Positions 9,312-19,101 of a DNA stretch of 64,000 nucleotides are shown here, piece after piece. The translations under genes were made by a program, and so were the position numbers. The number at the start of each line of letters is the position of its first letter. The first letter of the stretch is position 1. Source of the stretch: Planctomycetota bacterium (lineage in GTDB: Bacteria > Planctomycetota > PLA2 > JAEUHO01); contig CBDCWP010000030.1 of assembly GCA_965223505.1 (NCBI GenBank), positions 32,001-96,000 on the forward strand, given 5' to 3'. The notes under the pieces are model-generated. The model did not search any database. It worked only from the letters and a program-made list of their open reading frames with translations, and was not told the DNA's origin.

Positions 9312-10796
9312 TTGTCGACGGACGTCCTCCACGAGCTCGAGCTACTCCTCAAGGCGCGCACGCGCCTCGTCGCCATCGACTCGTTCGACGAGCGGCACGT
9401 CGAGGGCATCGTGCGGCGCGTCGCGAAGCGCCTGGGCATGCCGTTCTACGAATGGACCGTGACCCAGGGGCTCGTTCCGCCCGGCGGAAGCCCGCTCTAC
9501 GACTCGAAGGAGCCGCTGCGCGCGCTGGCGAACGTGCGCTCCTTGAAGCACGGCGGCGTGTACTTGCTCAAGGACCTGGCGCCGCACCTCGAGGACCCCA
9601 AGGTCGCACGCAAGCTCAAGGACCTGATCGACCGCAAGTCCCCGCAGCCGCGGTCCTTCATCCTCGTCGCGCCGCGCGTCGTGCTGCCCGACCTGCTCGT
9701 GAAGCACGCCGCGCGCATGGATCTCTCGATGCCGTCGGAGAAGGCGCTGGGCGAGATGGTCTGGCGCGTCGTCTCCGAGTTCGGCACGCGCCGGCAGATC
9801 GACGTGCGGTTGGACGACGAAGACTTCCGCTCGCTCACGAACAGCCTGCGCGGCTTGACGCTGGCGGAGGGTGAACGCGCGGTCGGCCGCGCGCTGGCCG
9901 ACGACATGGCGTTGACGCCCGACGACCTGCCCGGCGTGCTCGACGCGAAACGCGAGATCCTCGAAGAGGGCGGCGCGATCGAGTTCGTTCCGAACCACGT
10001 CGACTTCGACGACATCGGAGGCCTCGCGCACCTGAAGGACTGGCTGATCAAGCGTCGTCGCGCGTTGACGCCCGAGGGCAAGGCGTTCGGGCTCGACCCG
10101 CCGAAGGGGGTCGTGCTGCTCGGCGTACAGGGATGCGGCAAGAGCCTCGCGGCGCGCGGCGTCGCGGCGGCGTGGAACCTGCCGCTCCTGCGCATGGAGC
10201 CGGGCCGCATCTACGACAAGTACATCGGGGAGAGCGACAAGCACCTCGAGCAGTCGTTGCGCGCCGCCGAGCACATGGCGCCGTGCGTGTTGTGGGTCGA
10301 CGAGATCGAGAAGGGCTTCGCGTCGTTCGGCAACAGCGAAGCCGACGGTGGACTCTCACGACGCATCTTCGGCCGTCTGCTGGGCTGGCTGCAGGACCGC
10401 AAGCAGCCGGTGTTCGTCGTCGCGACGTGCAACGACGTCGAGAGCCTGCCGCCGGAGCTGATGCGCAAGGGCCGCTTCGACGAGGTCTTCTTCATCGACT
10501 TGCCGAACCCGACGGAGCGCGAAGCCGTGTTCCGAATCCATCTCCGGCAGCGCGGGCGCGATCCGGCGGCGTTCGACCTCGCGCGGCTCGTGGCCGCCAG
10601 CGAGGGTTTCAGCGGCGCCGAGATCGAACAGGCGATCGTCGCGGGGCTGTACACCGCGTTCGCCGACGAGGACGAGCTCGACACCGAGACGCTGCTCGCC
10701 GAGCTCGAAGGCACCCAGCCCCTGTCCGTGACGCGTGCGGAAGACATCGCCGCGCTTCGTAGCTGGGCGGAAGGGCGCACTGTCAGCGCCGGATAG
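9312..10796 (+). CDS. AAA+ ATPase, Ycf46-like
   Basis: Walker A GVQGCGKS, Walker B LWVDE, second region of homology PPELMRKGRFDE. Confidence 0.9.
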   Translation: MSTDVLHELELLLKARTRLVAIDSFDERHVEGIVRRVAKRLGMPFYEWTVTQGLVPPGGSPLYDSKEPLRALANVRSLKHGGVYLLKDLAPHLEDPKVARKLKDLIDRKSPQPRSFILVAPRVVLPDLLVKHAARMDLSMPSEKALGEMVWRVVSEFGTRRQIDVRLDDEDFRSLTNSLRGLTLAEGERAVGRALADDMALTPDDLPGVLDAKREILEEGGAIEFVPNHVDFDDIGGLAHLKDWLIKRRRALTPEGKAFGLDPPKGVVLLGVQGCGKSLAARGVAAAWNLPLLRMEPGRIYDKYIGESDKHLEQSLRAAEHMAPCVLWVDEIEKGFASFGNSEADGGLSRRIFGRLLGWLQDRKQPVFVVATCNDVESLPPELMRKGRFDEVFFIDLPNPTEREAVFRIHLRQRGRDPAAFDLARLVAASEGFSGAEIEQAIVAGLYTAFADEDELDTETLLAELEGTQPLSVTRAEDIAALRSWAEGRTVSAG

Positions 10797-10842
10797 GCGG
10801 CAGCCCCTCCCCGTGTTCGACGCGAGGCGATACCATGGGGCC

Positions 10843-12312
10843 ATGATGTGCAGACAGTCCGTGCGGTGGGTCGGGTGGATGGCGGTGGCCGCGTGGGCCG
10901 TGCTCGCGAGCGCTCCGGTCGCGAAGGCGGACTGGAAGGACGACGACGCCTACAAGCAGCTCCTCAAGTACGAAGTCAAGACGCTCAAGGGCTTGATGCA
11001 GAGCGCGCTCAAGGAGGACTACCGCCGCCAGGCGTGGTACTTCGCCGACCGCATCCTCGCCGCGGATCCGAACCACACACAGGCGATCGAGGTCGTCGAG
11101 AAGTGGGAGGCCAAGGAGCTCGTCGCCGGCCAGGTGCCCAAGAAGGGTTGGCTGAAGAAGCGCGACCAGGCGCTGCGCAAGCTCGGCGACGACTACTTCC
11201 ATTTCGGAGAGACGCTCGAGGCCGCCGGCATCGACCCGGTCGACTACTACCCGATCAACGTCCGCGCCTCGTCCTACGGCTCGCAGGCCGGACCGCTCGT
11301 CGCCGCCTACAAAGACAACGGCTACATGTGGATGCACACGTGGCTGGAGCGCGAGGTGAAGGAGGTGAGCGCGCTCCTCGGCCCGGACCTCCTCGGCGAG
11401 GTCACGTATCCGCCGGAGTTCGACGACGAGTTCTTGAAGTACCGGGCGCGGTGGCCGGAGGCGAAGGTCGCAACTTGGGGTCGCTGGCGGTTCGTCACCG
11501 ACCTGGAGTACCTCGACGCGCTGCGGTTGGTCGCGCTGGTCGCCGACGCCGAACGCTGGCTCATCAAGAAGACCGGCATGCACGACAAGAAGGGCGACAC
11601 GATCACCGACCTCTTGATCTTCAAGGACCTCGAGACGTACGACAAGATCGGGGTCGATCTGGTGCGCGACGAAGACCGCGAGGACTTCAGCGGGAGCTCG
11701 GGCTGGTATCGGCGGAGCGAGCGCGTCGCGATGGTTCCGGCCAAGCACCGTCACAACGCGTGGGTCGCGACCGACTCCGTCGTGCTGCGGCAGGCCATGC
11801 GCGTGCTGGTGCGCCGCCATCTCGCGGCGGGCCTCGGCGGCTGGGTTCGCGGTCGCGGCTTCTGGGTGATGGATGGGCTGGCGGGCTCGCTGGCGGACAT
11901 CCAGCGCAGCGACGAGAAGAAGAGCGACGGTTTCGTGCTGAACGCGCAGGCTTGCTGGGAGCTCGCGGCGGCGCGATCGTTGCGCGACGGCGGCACGTTG
12001 ATGAGCTGGAACGAGTTCTTCGACCTCAACTACGTGCAGGCCGAGAAGATCGAGAAACAGGATCTGACGATTCACGTCAACGGCGCGGCGCGCGAGGCGC
12101 TGTCGGTCGACGTCGTGAACGCCCAGGCCGTGGCGTTGGCGGCGGGGGTCTGGCTTTCGCATCCGAAGAAGGGCCCGAAGGCGATCGCGGCGCTGATTCA
12201 GGCGGTGGTGAAGCGCGACAGCCTGCCGGACGTCGACAAGACGATGAAGTTCAAGAAGGGCGGCGCCGTCAAGGAGGCCGACCGGGCGATGGACGCCGTC
12301 GTCAAGGAGTAG
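10843..12312 (+). CDS. Secreted hypothetical protein
   Basis: Signal peptide ending AKA; host-like codon usage; WVMDGLAG segment reminiscent of gluzincin-like domains but no HExxH. Confidence 0.7.
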   Translation: MMCRQSVRWVGWMAVAAWAVLASAPVAKADWKDDDAYKQLLKYEVKTLKGLMQSALKEDYRRQAWYFADRILAADPNHTQAIEVVEKWEAKELVAGQVPKKGWLKKRDQALRKLGDDYFHFGETLEAAGIDPVDYYPINVRASSYGSQAGPLVAAYKDNGYMWMHTWLEREVKEVSALLGPDLLGEVTYPPEFDDEFLKYRARWPEAKVATWGRWRFVTDLEYLDALRLVALVADAERWLIKKTGMHDKKGDTITDLLIFKDLETYDKIGVDLVRDEDREDFSGSSGWYRRSERVAMVPAKHRHNAWVATDSVVLRQAMRVLVRRHLAAGLGGWVRGRGFWVMDGLAGSLADIQRSDEKKSDGFVLNAQACWELAAARSLRDGGTLMSWNEFFDLNYVQAEKIEKQDLTIHVNGAAREALSVDVVNAQAVALAAGVWLSHPKKGPKAIAALIQAVVKRDSLPDVDKTMKFKKGGAVKEADRAMDAVVKE

Positions 12313-12553
12313 CGAGTCGACGACGGGTTCCGACACGCCTCGCAGAGCACCGAAGCCCCTCCGAATTTCGTGCTCGATGCCCTGACTTTGCGCGCTCCGT
12401 GATCGTTGAACCAAGGGTGGCGCACGGTCGTCGCCAAACGGAAGTCGCTCGGAAGAGCGTCACTCGTCCGTCCTCCGGGGCACACGGGCACGAGCACGAA
12501 AACGGTGTCGGGCACGACACGCCGGTGAGGTCGAGCGCTCTGTCGGGCTTCCG

Positions 12554-14026
12554 CTAGTCGCCGGAACCCCGAATCTTCTCGACGATCCCCGTCGTGCTGC
12601 GTCCCTCATGCAGATCGACGAGCACGACCTTACCGCCGCGCCCCTCGACGAACTCGCGGCCGACGACGCCCTTGTCCTTCCAGTCGACCCCCTTGACGAG
12701 CACGTCGGGCTCGACCTGCTCGATGACGTTCGCCGGGGTGTCCTCGTCGAACACCACCACGTAGTCGACCATCGAGAGCGCCGCCAACACCTCGATGCGA
12801 TCCTGAACCGGGTTGACCGGCCGCTCTTCGCCCTTGATGCGCCGCACGCTGTCGTCGGCGTTCAGACCCACGACGAGCACGTCGCCCTCGGCCCGCGCGG
12901 CCTTGAGGAAGCGAATGTGACCCGCGTGCAGGATGTCGAAGCACCCGTTCGTGAACACGACACGGCGACGCGCCGCATGATGGCGGGCTACGACCGCGCC
13001 GATCTCCGCGCGATCGACGTGCTTGGTGCCCGCGCCGTCGCCGTCGGTGGCGAGCCGGGCACTGATCTCCTCGCGCGCGACGGGTACGGCCCCCACCCGT
13101 TCGACCGCGAGCCCCGCGGCGACGTTGGCGAGCGCCGACGCCTCGTGCGGCGTCGCGCCGGAGGCGAGCGCGCAGGCCAGGACCGACAGCACCATGTCGC
13201 CGGCGCCGGACACGTCGAACACCTCGCGCGGCGACGTCGGCAGATGCACGCCGTACCCGTCGCTTTGCTTGAGGTACATGCCTTCGCGGTCGAGCGTGAT
13301 CAAGACGAACGACATCCCCAGGTCGTCCAGCAGCTTCGCGGCGGCCGCGTCGGCGTGCTCGAGCGTCTCGACGGCGATGCCGGTGACGCGCTGGGTCTCG
13401 GGACGGTTGGGCGTGATCGCGGTCGCGCCGCGAAAGCGCGCGTAGTCCGGCCGCTTCGAGTCCACCAGGACGGGCGTGCCGTTCTCTTTTGCGGCGGCGA
13501 TCAGCGCGTCGAGCAGCCCGCGCGTCAGGCACCCCTTCACGTAGTCGCTGAGCAGAACGGCGTCGACGTCCGGCAGCAACGAGGTCGCGGTCGCGAGCAG
13601 TGCCGCTTCCGTCGCCTCGGAGATCGGCGCGGTGGTCTCTTCGTCCACACGCAGAACCTGTTGCGCGATGGTGTGGCTGTGCGCCATGTGCCGCGTCTTG
13701 ACGCTCGTTCGCCGACCGGGCTCGGCGATCGCCTTCAGGTCGATGCCGAGGTCGGCGCAGACCTGGGCGACGCGTTCGCCGGACGCGTCGTCGCCGGTGA
13801 CGCCCAGCAGCGTGGCGCGGGCGCCGAGCACCGTGACGCACTGCGCGACGAAGCCTGCGCCGCCCAGACCGGCGCGCGTCGACTCCACGCGCAGGACCGG
13901 GATCGGCGCCTCCGGACTGATGCGCTCGGCCGCACCTGTGAAGTAGCGATCGAGGATCAAGTCGCCGATGACGAGCAGGTTGGGTTGCCCGAGTGTCGAC
14001 AGCACTTCCGGCAGCTCACGGGTCAC
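12554..14026 (-). CDS. hldE: Bifunctional heptose-7-phosphate kinase / heptose-1-phosphate adenylyltransferase
   Basis: GDLILDRY...RISPEAPIPV and DVSGAGD (PfkB kinase); FTNGCFDILHAGH...STT (nucleotidyltransferase). Confidence 0.95.
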   Translation of the reverse strand: MTRELPEVLSTLGQPNLLVIGDLILDRYFTGAAERISPEAPIPVLRVESTRAGLGGAGFVAQCVTVLGARATLLGVTGDDASGERVAQVCADLGIDLKAIAEPGRRTSVKTRHMAHSHTIAQQVLRVDEETTAPISEATEAALLATATSLLPDVDAVLLSDYVKGCLTRGLLDALIAAAKENGTPVLVDSKRPDYARFRGATAITPNRPETQRVTGIAVETLEHADAAAAKLLDDLGMSFVLITLDREGMYLKQSDGYGVHLPTSPREVFDVSGAGDMVLSVLACALASGATPHEASALANVAAGLAVERVGAVPVAREEISARLATDGDGAGTKHVDRAEIGAVVARHHAARRRVVFTNGCFDILHAGHIRFLKAARAEGDVLVVGLNADDSVRRIKGEERPVNPVQDRIEVLAALSMVDYVVVFDEDTPANVIEQVEPDVLVKGVDWKDKGVVGREFVEGRGGKVVLVDLHEGRSTTGIVEKIRGSGD

Positions 14027-14991
14027 GATGCGAGCTCCTTGGCCGCGGCGAGGATCGCCATGCGCAGGAGCGGCAACGTGTACTCGTGCTGGCCGGCGAT
14101 GTCGAACCCTTCGACGGCCGGGCGCTCGATGACGTTCACACGCGGGCGATAGTGGCGGAGCATGTCGAGATTGCCGGTGGTGATGCGCACACGACGTTCG
14201 GGGTCGACGTTGTGGACGATGGCGACCGCTTTCATGAACACCTCAGGCAGCAAGACGGCGCTGCCGACGTTGACGTACACGCCTTCGTCGAGTCCGTCGA
14301 CGAGCGACGTGAGGCGCAGGAAGTCGGCGTGCGTCGCGGCGCCCAGGTCCGCGCCGTCGCAGGCCGGGTGCATGTGCACGGTGTCGGTGCCGACCGCGAC
14401 GTGAATCGTGAGCGGGATGCCGTGCTGCGCCGCGGCGCAAAGCAAGGAGAGCTGCGGGTGAGCCGGGTCCTTGGCGAGGAGCGCCGCACCCAGGGCGGCG
14501 CCGAATCCGATCTTCGAGGCGGCCGCGGACCGGGCGGCCTCGGCGAGCAGGGCGCCGGTCTCGTCCGCGTTGCCGTAGGTGCCTTCGAACAGCCCGCCGC
14601 CGACGTCTTCGGACGTACTGCCGCACAGCGCGATCTCGGCGTCGTGAATCGCCGAGGCGCCGTTGAAGACGAAGCCGTGAGCGAAGCCGCGGGCGTGCAG
14701 GTCGAGCAGGAGCGGCGCCAACCCGACCTTGATCACGTGTCCGCCCATCCCCCACAGGACTCGCTTGCCGCCGGCCGCGGCCTTGGCGATCGCGGCGGCG
14801 AGACCCTTCAGGCGGCGAACGCCCAGGTAGTCGGGCAGGGCGTCGAGAAAATCGGTCGTGGCGTCGCCGAGCTCCGTCGGCCGGGCGAAGCGCGCGGTCT
14901 CGACGAGATGGTCGCGCCCGCCGAGCGGCTGGGTGCGGAAGCGACTCACGTCGTAGGGCGGAACGGGATCTCGGGGGGCATCGCCTGACAT
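14023..14991 (-). CDS. Hypothetical protein with deoxyhypusine-synthase-like fold, translationally coupled to hldE
   Basis: GMGGHVIKVG, NGASAIHD, GSAVLLPEVFMKA and GQHE motifs; stop overlaps the hldE GTG start. Confidence 0.65.
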   Translation of the reverse strand: MSGDAPRDPVPPYDVSRFRTQPLGGRDHLVETARFARPTELGDATTDFLDALPDYLGVRRLKGLAAAIAKAAAGGKRVLWGMGGHVIKVGLAPLLLDLHARGFAHGFVFNGASAIHDAEIALCGSTSEDVGGGLFEGTYGNADETGALLAEAARSAAASKIGFGAALGAALLAKDPAHPQLSLLCAAAQHGIPLTIHVAVGTDTVHMHPACDGADLGAATHADFLRLTSLVDGLDEGVYVNVGSAVLLPEVFMKAVAIVHNVDPERRVRITTGNLDMLRHYRPRVNVIERPAVEGFDIAGQHEYTLPLLRMAILAAAKELAS

Positions 14992-15194
14992 TCGGACGGG
15001 GATGGTACCGGGACGGGGCCCGAAGCAGGTCGAGGCGCGCGGGCGGGTACGAACGCCTGTCAGCCCGCCGCGGCGCCGCCGGCAAGGGATGCAGATCCGC
15101 TACGACGGCCCTCTTGCAGGGCCCCCCAAACGAACATCGCGCGGGGACGCGGCGCGGTTACGCGCGAATCGCGAAAGAAACGACGCGGCGCCGG

Positions 15195-16325
15195 CTACGC
15201 GAGGAAGTCGTCGTTGCGCGAGATGCGCAGCTCGGACTCGCCATCACCCTTCTCGCCAGCCGGTTTCTCCGTCTTCGGACCCTCGTCGTCGGTGCCGAAC
15301 AGCGCGTCCAACGCGGCAGCCGCGGGCGGCGGCGCCGCCGGAACGGCACCGGAGCCGTAGTCCACCTGGGGCGGCACGAACTCGTCTTCCGCCGGAACCT
15401 CCGGAACGAGCTCGGGCGTCGGGGGATGGTTGAGGAACGTCTCGGGCTCCTCCGGCTCTTCGGGTTTCAGGGAGAGCCTCGCTCCGGGCGCGGGCTCGGT
15501 GAACGTCGGCAGGCCGTCGAACGCGCGCGTCTCGTTCGTCTGTCCCGTGGAGGTGTCCGTCGCGCTGGCGCCCGGCACGGGGAACGTGTTGCTTCGAAGC
15601 GCTTGGTTTTGTCGCTTCGTGCTCGGCGTGTGCCAACGGCTCCACAGCACGAAGAAGACCAGCAGCACGACGAGGAGGCCGCCGGCAACCGAGCCGACGC
15701 CGATCCACTCGCGCCAGACCGGATCGGGCTCTCGCATCTCGATCGAACCCGCGGCGCGGTCGAACATGCCCCGGTAGTCCTTCGATCCGGACACCGGCGC
15801 GTCCATCGCGAGAATCACGCAGCTGCCCTCGCCGAATGCGAACACGAGCCTCAGCTCCCGCGCCATCCCATTGGACTTCGCGTATCCCAGACGGCCCATG
15901 ATGCCGTGCGCGGTCGGGCTGATCTTGCTGCGGACGAACGTTCCCGGCTCGACGTCCGGCAGCTCGCGCGCCGTCATGCGCATGCCCATCTCGAACGCCT
16001 CGAACATGATGTCGTCGATCGTCTCCAGCCCGCGATCCCCGGGCACCGAATAGCGCAGGATGAACAAGCCGGCTTCCGGGGTGCCTTCGTTCAGCGCGAC
16101 GAACGAACGCTCGTCCGCATCCCCACCGAACGGCAGCCCGGTCCCGGAGACCAACGTGCGCACGCGCTCGCGCTCTCTTCCGAAGAGCGATGCGGGGGCC
16201 GGCTTGAACTCGTCGGGGAGGCGCAGCCCATAGCCGCTTCCGCCGGTCTCACCGGCAACGGCGGTCGGCGCGCACGCGAGGCAGGCCCAAACGACGATGA
16301 GGATGAACAGCGAGCGTGCGGACAC
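15195..16325 (-). CDS. Hypothetical membrane-anchored protein (signal peptide, one TM helix, acidic Pro-rich tail)
   Basis: 376-aa ORF with signal peptide, TM segment IGVGSVAGGLLVVLLVFFVLW and an E/P-rich C-terminus. Confidence 0.65.
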   Translation of the reverse strand: MSARSLFILIVVWACLACAPTAVAGETGGSGYGLRLPDEFKPAPASLFGRERERVRTLVSGTGLPFGGDADERSFVALNEGTPEAGLFILRYSVPGDRGLETIDDIMFEAFEMGMRMTARELPDVEPGTFVRSKISPTAHGIMGRLGYAKSNGMARELRLVFAFGEGSCVILAMDAPVSGSKDYRGMFDRAAGSIEMREPDPVWREWIGVGSVAGGLLVVLLVFFVLWSRWHTPSTKRQNQALRSNTFPVPGASATDTSTGQTNETRAFDGLPTFTEPAPGARLSLKPEEPEEPETFLNHPPTPELVPEVPAEDEFVPPQVDYGSGAVPAAPPPAAAALDALFGTDDEGPKTEKPAGEKGDGESELRISRNDDFLA

Positions 16326-16424
16326 GGCAGGACCCCTGGGGCGCGACCTGCCGGGTGCGCAGGTCGCAACACCCCTCCATCGGCCTCGGGGCCGCTCCGG
16401 CGTTAGTCGATTCCGCGTCGATAC

Positions 16425-17387
16425 TTACAGAGCGTCCGGTGCGCCCGCAGCCCCGAGATAGCGGGCGTAGAACGGCTGGTCGGGACCGGGTCCCTCGTCA
16501 GTGGGCCGCGCCTTCCAACGCCGGTGCGACCAGTTGTACTGATCCGGCGCCGCGCGGATCCAGTGTTCGAACGCCTCGTTCACCTCCGAGAGCACGCGGC
16601 GCACGCGCTCCTCGACGGGCAGAGCCGCCGACGGCTCTTCGATGCGGCGTACGTGCACGTCGAAGATCGACCCGCACCGGCGAACGCAGGCGCCGACGTA
16701 CGTCGGCGCGCCCGTTCGCAGCATCACGCGCGCGGGTGTGGCGAAGGTGGACGCCTGACGGCCGAACAGCGGCACGAACACGCCCTTGCGGCCGGCGTTC
16801 TGATCCCCCAGGAACGCCACCCAGTCGCCGTGCTCGAGCGTGCGGATCATCTCGCGCACCGCGCCTCGCTTGCGAATGATCTTGCCCCCGCCGCGGCGGC
16901 GAGCCACGTAGGCGTCGAAGACCGGGTTGTCGAGCGACCGCATCACCGGGCGCAGCGTGCCTTGGCGGGCCTGCACCGACCAAGCCGCGCACTCCCAGTT
17001 GCCCAGGTGGAGCGACACGATCAGCCCACCGCGGCCGGCGTCGGCATCGGCCTGCAGCGCATCCCAGTCGCCGTGGAAGTGGAACTTCCCCCGCGCCGCG
17101 CTGACCGAGCCGAACAGCCGCTCCGCGGCGACGAACTCCATCAGCACGCGGCCCCAGTTGGCGAACGACCCCCGGGCGATCCGGCGCCGATCGCGCTCGG
17201 TCAGCTCGTCGCCGTACGCGATCCGCAGGTTCTCCAGCGCGATCCGACGCCGCCGGCGCGAGACGTAGAAGTAGAGCTCGCCGAGCAGCGCCGCCGTCTC
17301 GCGCGCGAAGCGCGGCGACAGGCAGCGCACGAACACGTCGGTGCCGCGCAACGCCAGGTCGAAAGCCGCGTTTCGGAGCCGTCTCAT
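16425..17387 (-). CDS. Lipid A late acyltransferase (LpxL/HtrB family)
   Basis: HLGNWE motif, FLGDQNAG, VPLFGR, PDQYNWSHRRWK. Confidence 0.9.
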   Translation of the reverse strand: MRRLRNAAFDLALRGTDVFVRCLSPRFARETAALLGELYFYVSRRRRRIALENLRIAYGDELTERDRRRIARGSFANWGRVLMEFVAAERLFGSVSAARGKFHFHGDWDALQADADAGRGGLIVSLHLGNWECAAWSVQARQGTLRPVMRSLDNPVFDAYVARRRGGGKIIRKRGAVREMIRTLEHGDWVAFLGDQNAGRKGVFVPLFGRQASTFATPARVMLRTGAPTYVGACVRRCGSIFDVHVRRIEEPSAALPVEERVRRVLSEVNEAFEHWIRAAPDQYNWSHRRWKARPTDEGPGPDQPFYARYLGAAGAPDAL

Positions 17388-17485
17388 CGCCGCCAGGGTA
17401 CGGCGGAGGCAAACGCGCCGCCGCTTGGGACTACACTGCGCGTGGTGGGGCCGGCCCGGGCGCCCGGGCTCCCGGAGGTGATCCG

Positions 17486-18775
17486 TTGCAGTACGTCGCT
17501 CGCTTGTTGCTCCTGTTGGGCGTGACCCTCGTGGCCCCTCTCGCCGCCGGCGCCGAGGAGGAGCTGTCCCCCGCGGAGCGCAAGAAGCGCATCGCCAAGG
17601 CCAGGAAGGCGATGGAGGCCGACCACCGGGACTTCGTCGCGCGGGTCAACAAGGCGATCGACAGGGGCCACGACTGGCTCAAGGCCCAGCAGAAGTCGGA
17701 CGGCACGTTCCACTTCCACTGGCCCAACCGCGCCCAGAACCTCGGCCGACAGGCCTTCTACCTGTTCACGTTGGCGAAGTGCGGCTCCGGTCCCAAGAGC
17801 AAGGAGATCAAGGCCGGACTGAAGGGCCTCGCGCACTGGGAGGGCCGCGTCGCGCCCAAGGACATGAAGACCTACTCGGTGGCGGCGCTGATCCTGTTCT
17901 ACGACGCGCTCTACAACCCGACGCCCAAGCCGAAGAAGGACACCCGCTACGCGGCGCCCAAGGTCAAGAAGTGCAAGTACCCGAAGCTGATCCGCCAGAA
18001 GCTGGAAGAGCTGGTCAAGTGGCTGGCGGACCACCAGGAGGAACAGGTCTGGCGCTACCCCGGCGGCAACGAAGGCAACCAGGACCTCTCGCACACGCAA
18101 TACGTGTTGCTGGCGCTGCAAGCCGCCGCGCGCTGCGGCATCGAGGCGACGCCGGAGGTCTACAAGAAGGTGCTCCCGTACATCTTCGCCGAGCAGCAAC
18201 AGGACGGCGACGAAGAGCGGCTCTGGATGGAGAACCCGGCGTGGGAGCCGGGCGTCGAGGATCGCTACGGGCGCTTCCTGCCCGGGGCGCGCGTGAAGGC
18301 GCGCGGCTGGGACTACCGTCCGGGCAATTTCGCGGTGACGGGCAGCATGACCACCGCCGGCATCGGCAGCCTGGCGATCATCAAGGAGCGGCTCGACGCG
18401 CTCGGCGCCCTCGACAAGGAAACGACGAAGAAGATCGACGCCTCGATGTTGAGCGGACTGGCGTGGCTCGGGGTCCGCTTCAACGTCGAGAAGAACCCCG
18501 GCCAGGGCGGCTGGCACTACTACTACCTCTACGGCCTGGAGCGCGTCGGCGCGCTCCTCGGCATGAAGTTCATCGGCAAGCACGACTGGTACCGCGAGGG
18601 CGCCGAGTACCTGCTCGCGAAGCAGACCGAGGCCGGCGGCTGGCCGGCAGGCCCGGCGGGCGCGTTCCAGAACTACGAGGACGAGCTCCTGCAGACCTGC
18701 TTCGCCCTGCTGTTCCTCAAGCGCGCGACGGTGCCCCCCGCGACGCCCATCGGACCGGTGGTGACGGGTGACTGA
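17486..18775 (+). CDS. Secreted prenyltransferase-like repeat protein, paralog of 8090-9307
   Basis: Shares WRYP...DLSHTQY, GSMTTAG and KNPG..GGWHYYYLYGLER with 8090-9307; TTG start. Confidence 0.75.
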   Translation: MQYVARLLLLLGVTLVAPLAAGAEEELSPAERKKRIAKARKAMEADHRDFVARVNKAIDRGHDWLKAQQKSDGTFHFHWPNRAQNLGRQAFYLFTLAKCGSGPKSKEIKAGLKGLAHWEGRVAPKDMKTYSVAALILFYDALYNPTPKPKKDTRYAAPKVKKCKYPKLIRQKLEELVKWLADHQEEQVWRYPGGNEGNQDLSHTQYVLLALQAAARCGIEATPEVYKKVLPYIFAEQQQDGDEERLWMENPAWEPGVEDRYGRFLPGARVKARGWDYRPGNFAVTGSMTTAGIGSLAIIKERLDALGALDKETTKKIDASMLSGLAWLGVRFNVEKNPGQGGWHYYYLYGLERVGALLGMKFIGKHDWYREGAEYLLAKQTEAGGWPAGPAGAFQNYEDELLQTCFALLFLKRATVPPATPIGPVVTGD

Positions 18776-19070
18776 GCCGGACGACGAGCCGGATCTCGAG
18801 AAGGTGCGGAATTACAAGCGTCCGGTGCTGCCCTTCGAGCGCGGGCCCGACGCCGGCGGCGGAAAGTTCGCCATGGCCTCCGTAGGCATCGAATTCGGCC
18901 TGATCGTGGTCTTGTTCTTCCTTGGCGGGCGTTGGCTCGATGGGAAGTTTGGCACCGACCCGTGGCTGGCGGCGGCCGGAAGTCTTCTGGGCGTCGCACT
19001 CGGGATGTACCGCCTCATTCGCGGCGTGACGCGGCTCCAAGACGGCCCCTCGAAGGGATCCGGGAGCTAG
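18768..19070 (+). CDS. AtpZ/AtpI-family small membrane protein (first gene of the atp operon)
   Basis: Two TM helices around GRWLDGKFGTDPW; position upstream of atpB. Confidence 0.8.
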   Translation: MTEPDDEPDLEKVRNYKRPVLPFERGPDAGGGKFAMASVGIEFGLIVVLFFLGGRWLDGKFGTDPWLAAAGSLLGVALGMYRLIRGVTRLQDGPSKGSGS

Positions 19071-19101
19071 CGATCGGGCCTCGCGGGGCGGATGGGGCCC
19101 C

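Noticed and set aside
14992..15194. Possible ncRNA or tRNA-Sec in the 200-nt intergenic gap
   Set aside because: No cloverleaf, T-loop or SRP-type motif was recognisable.
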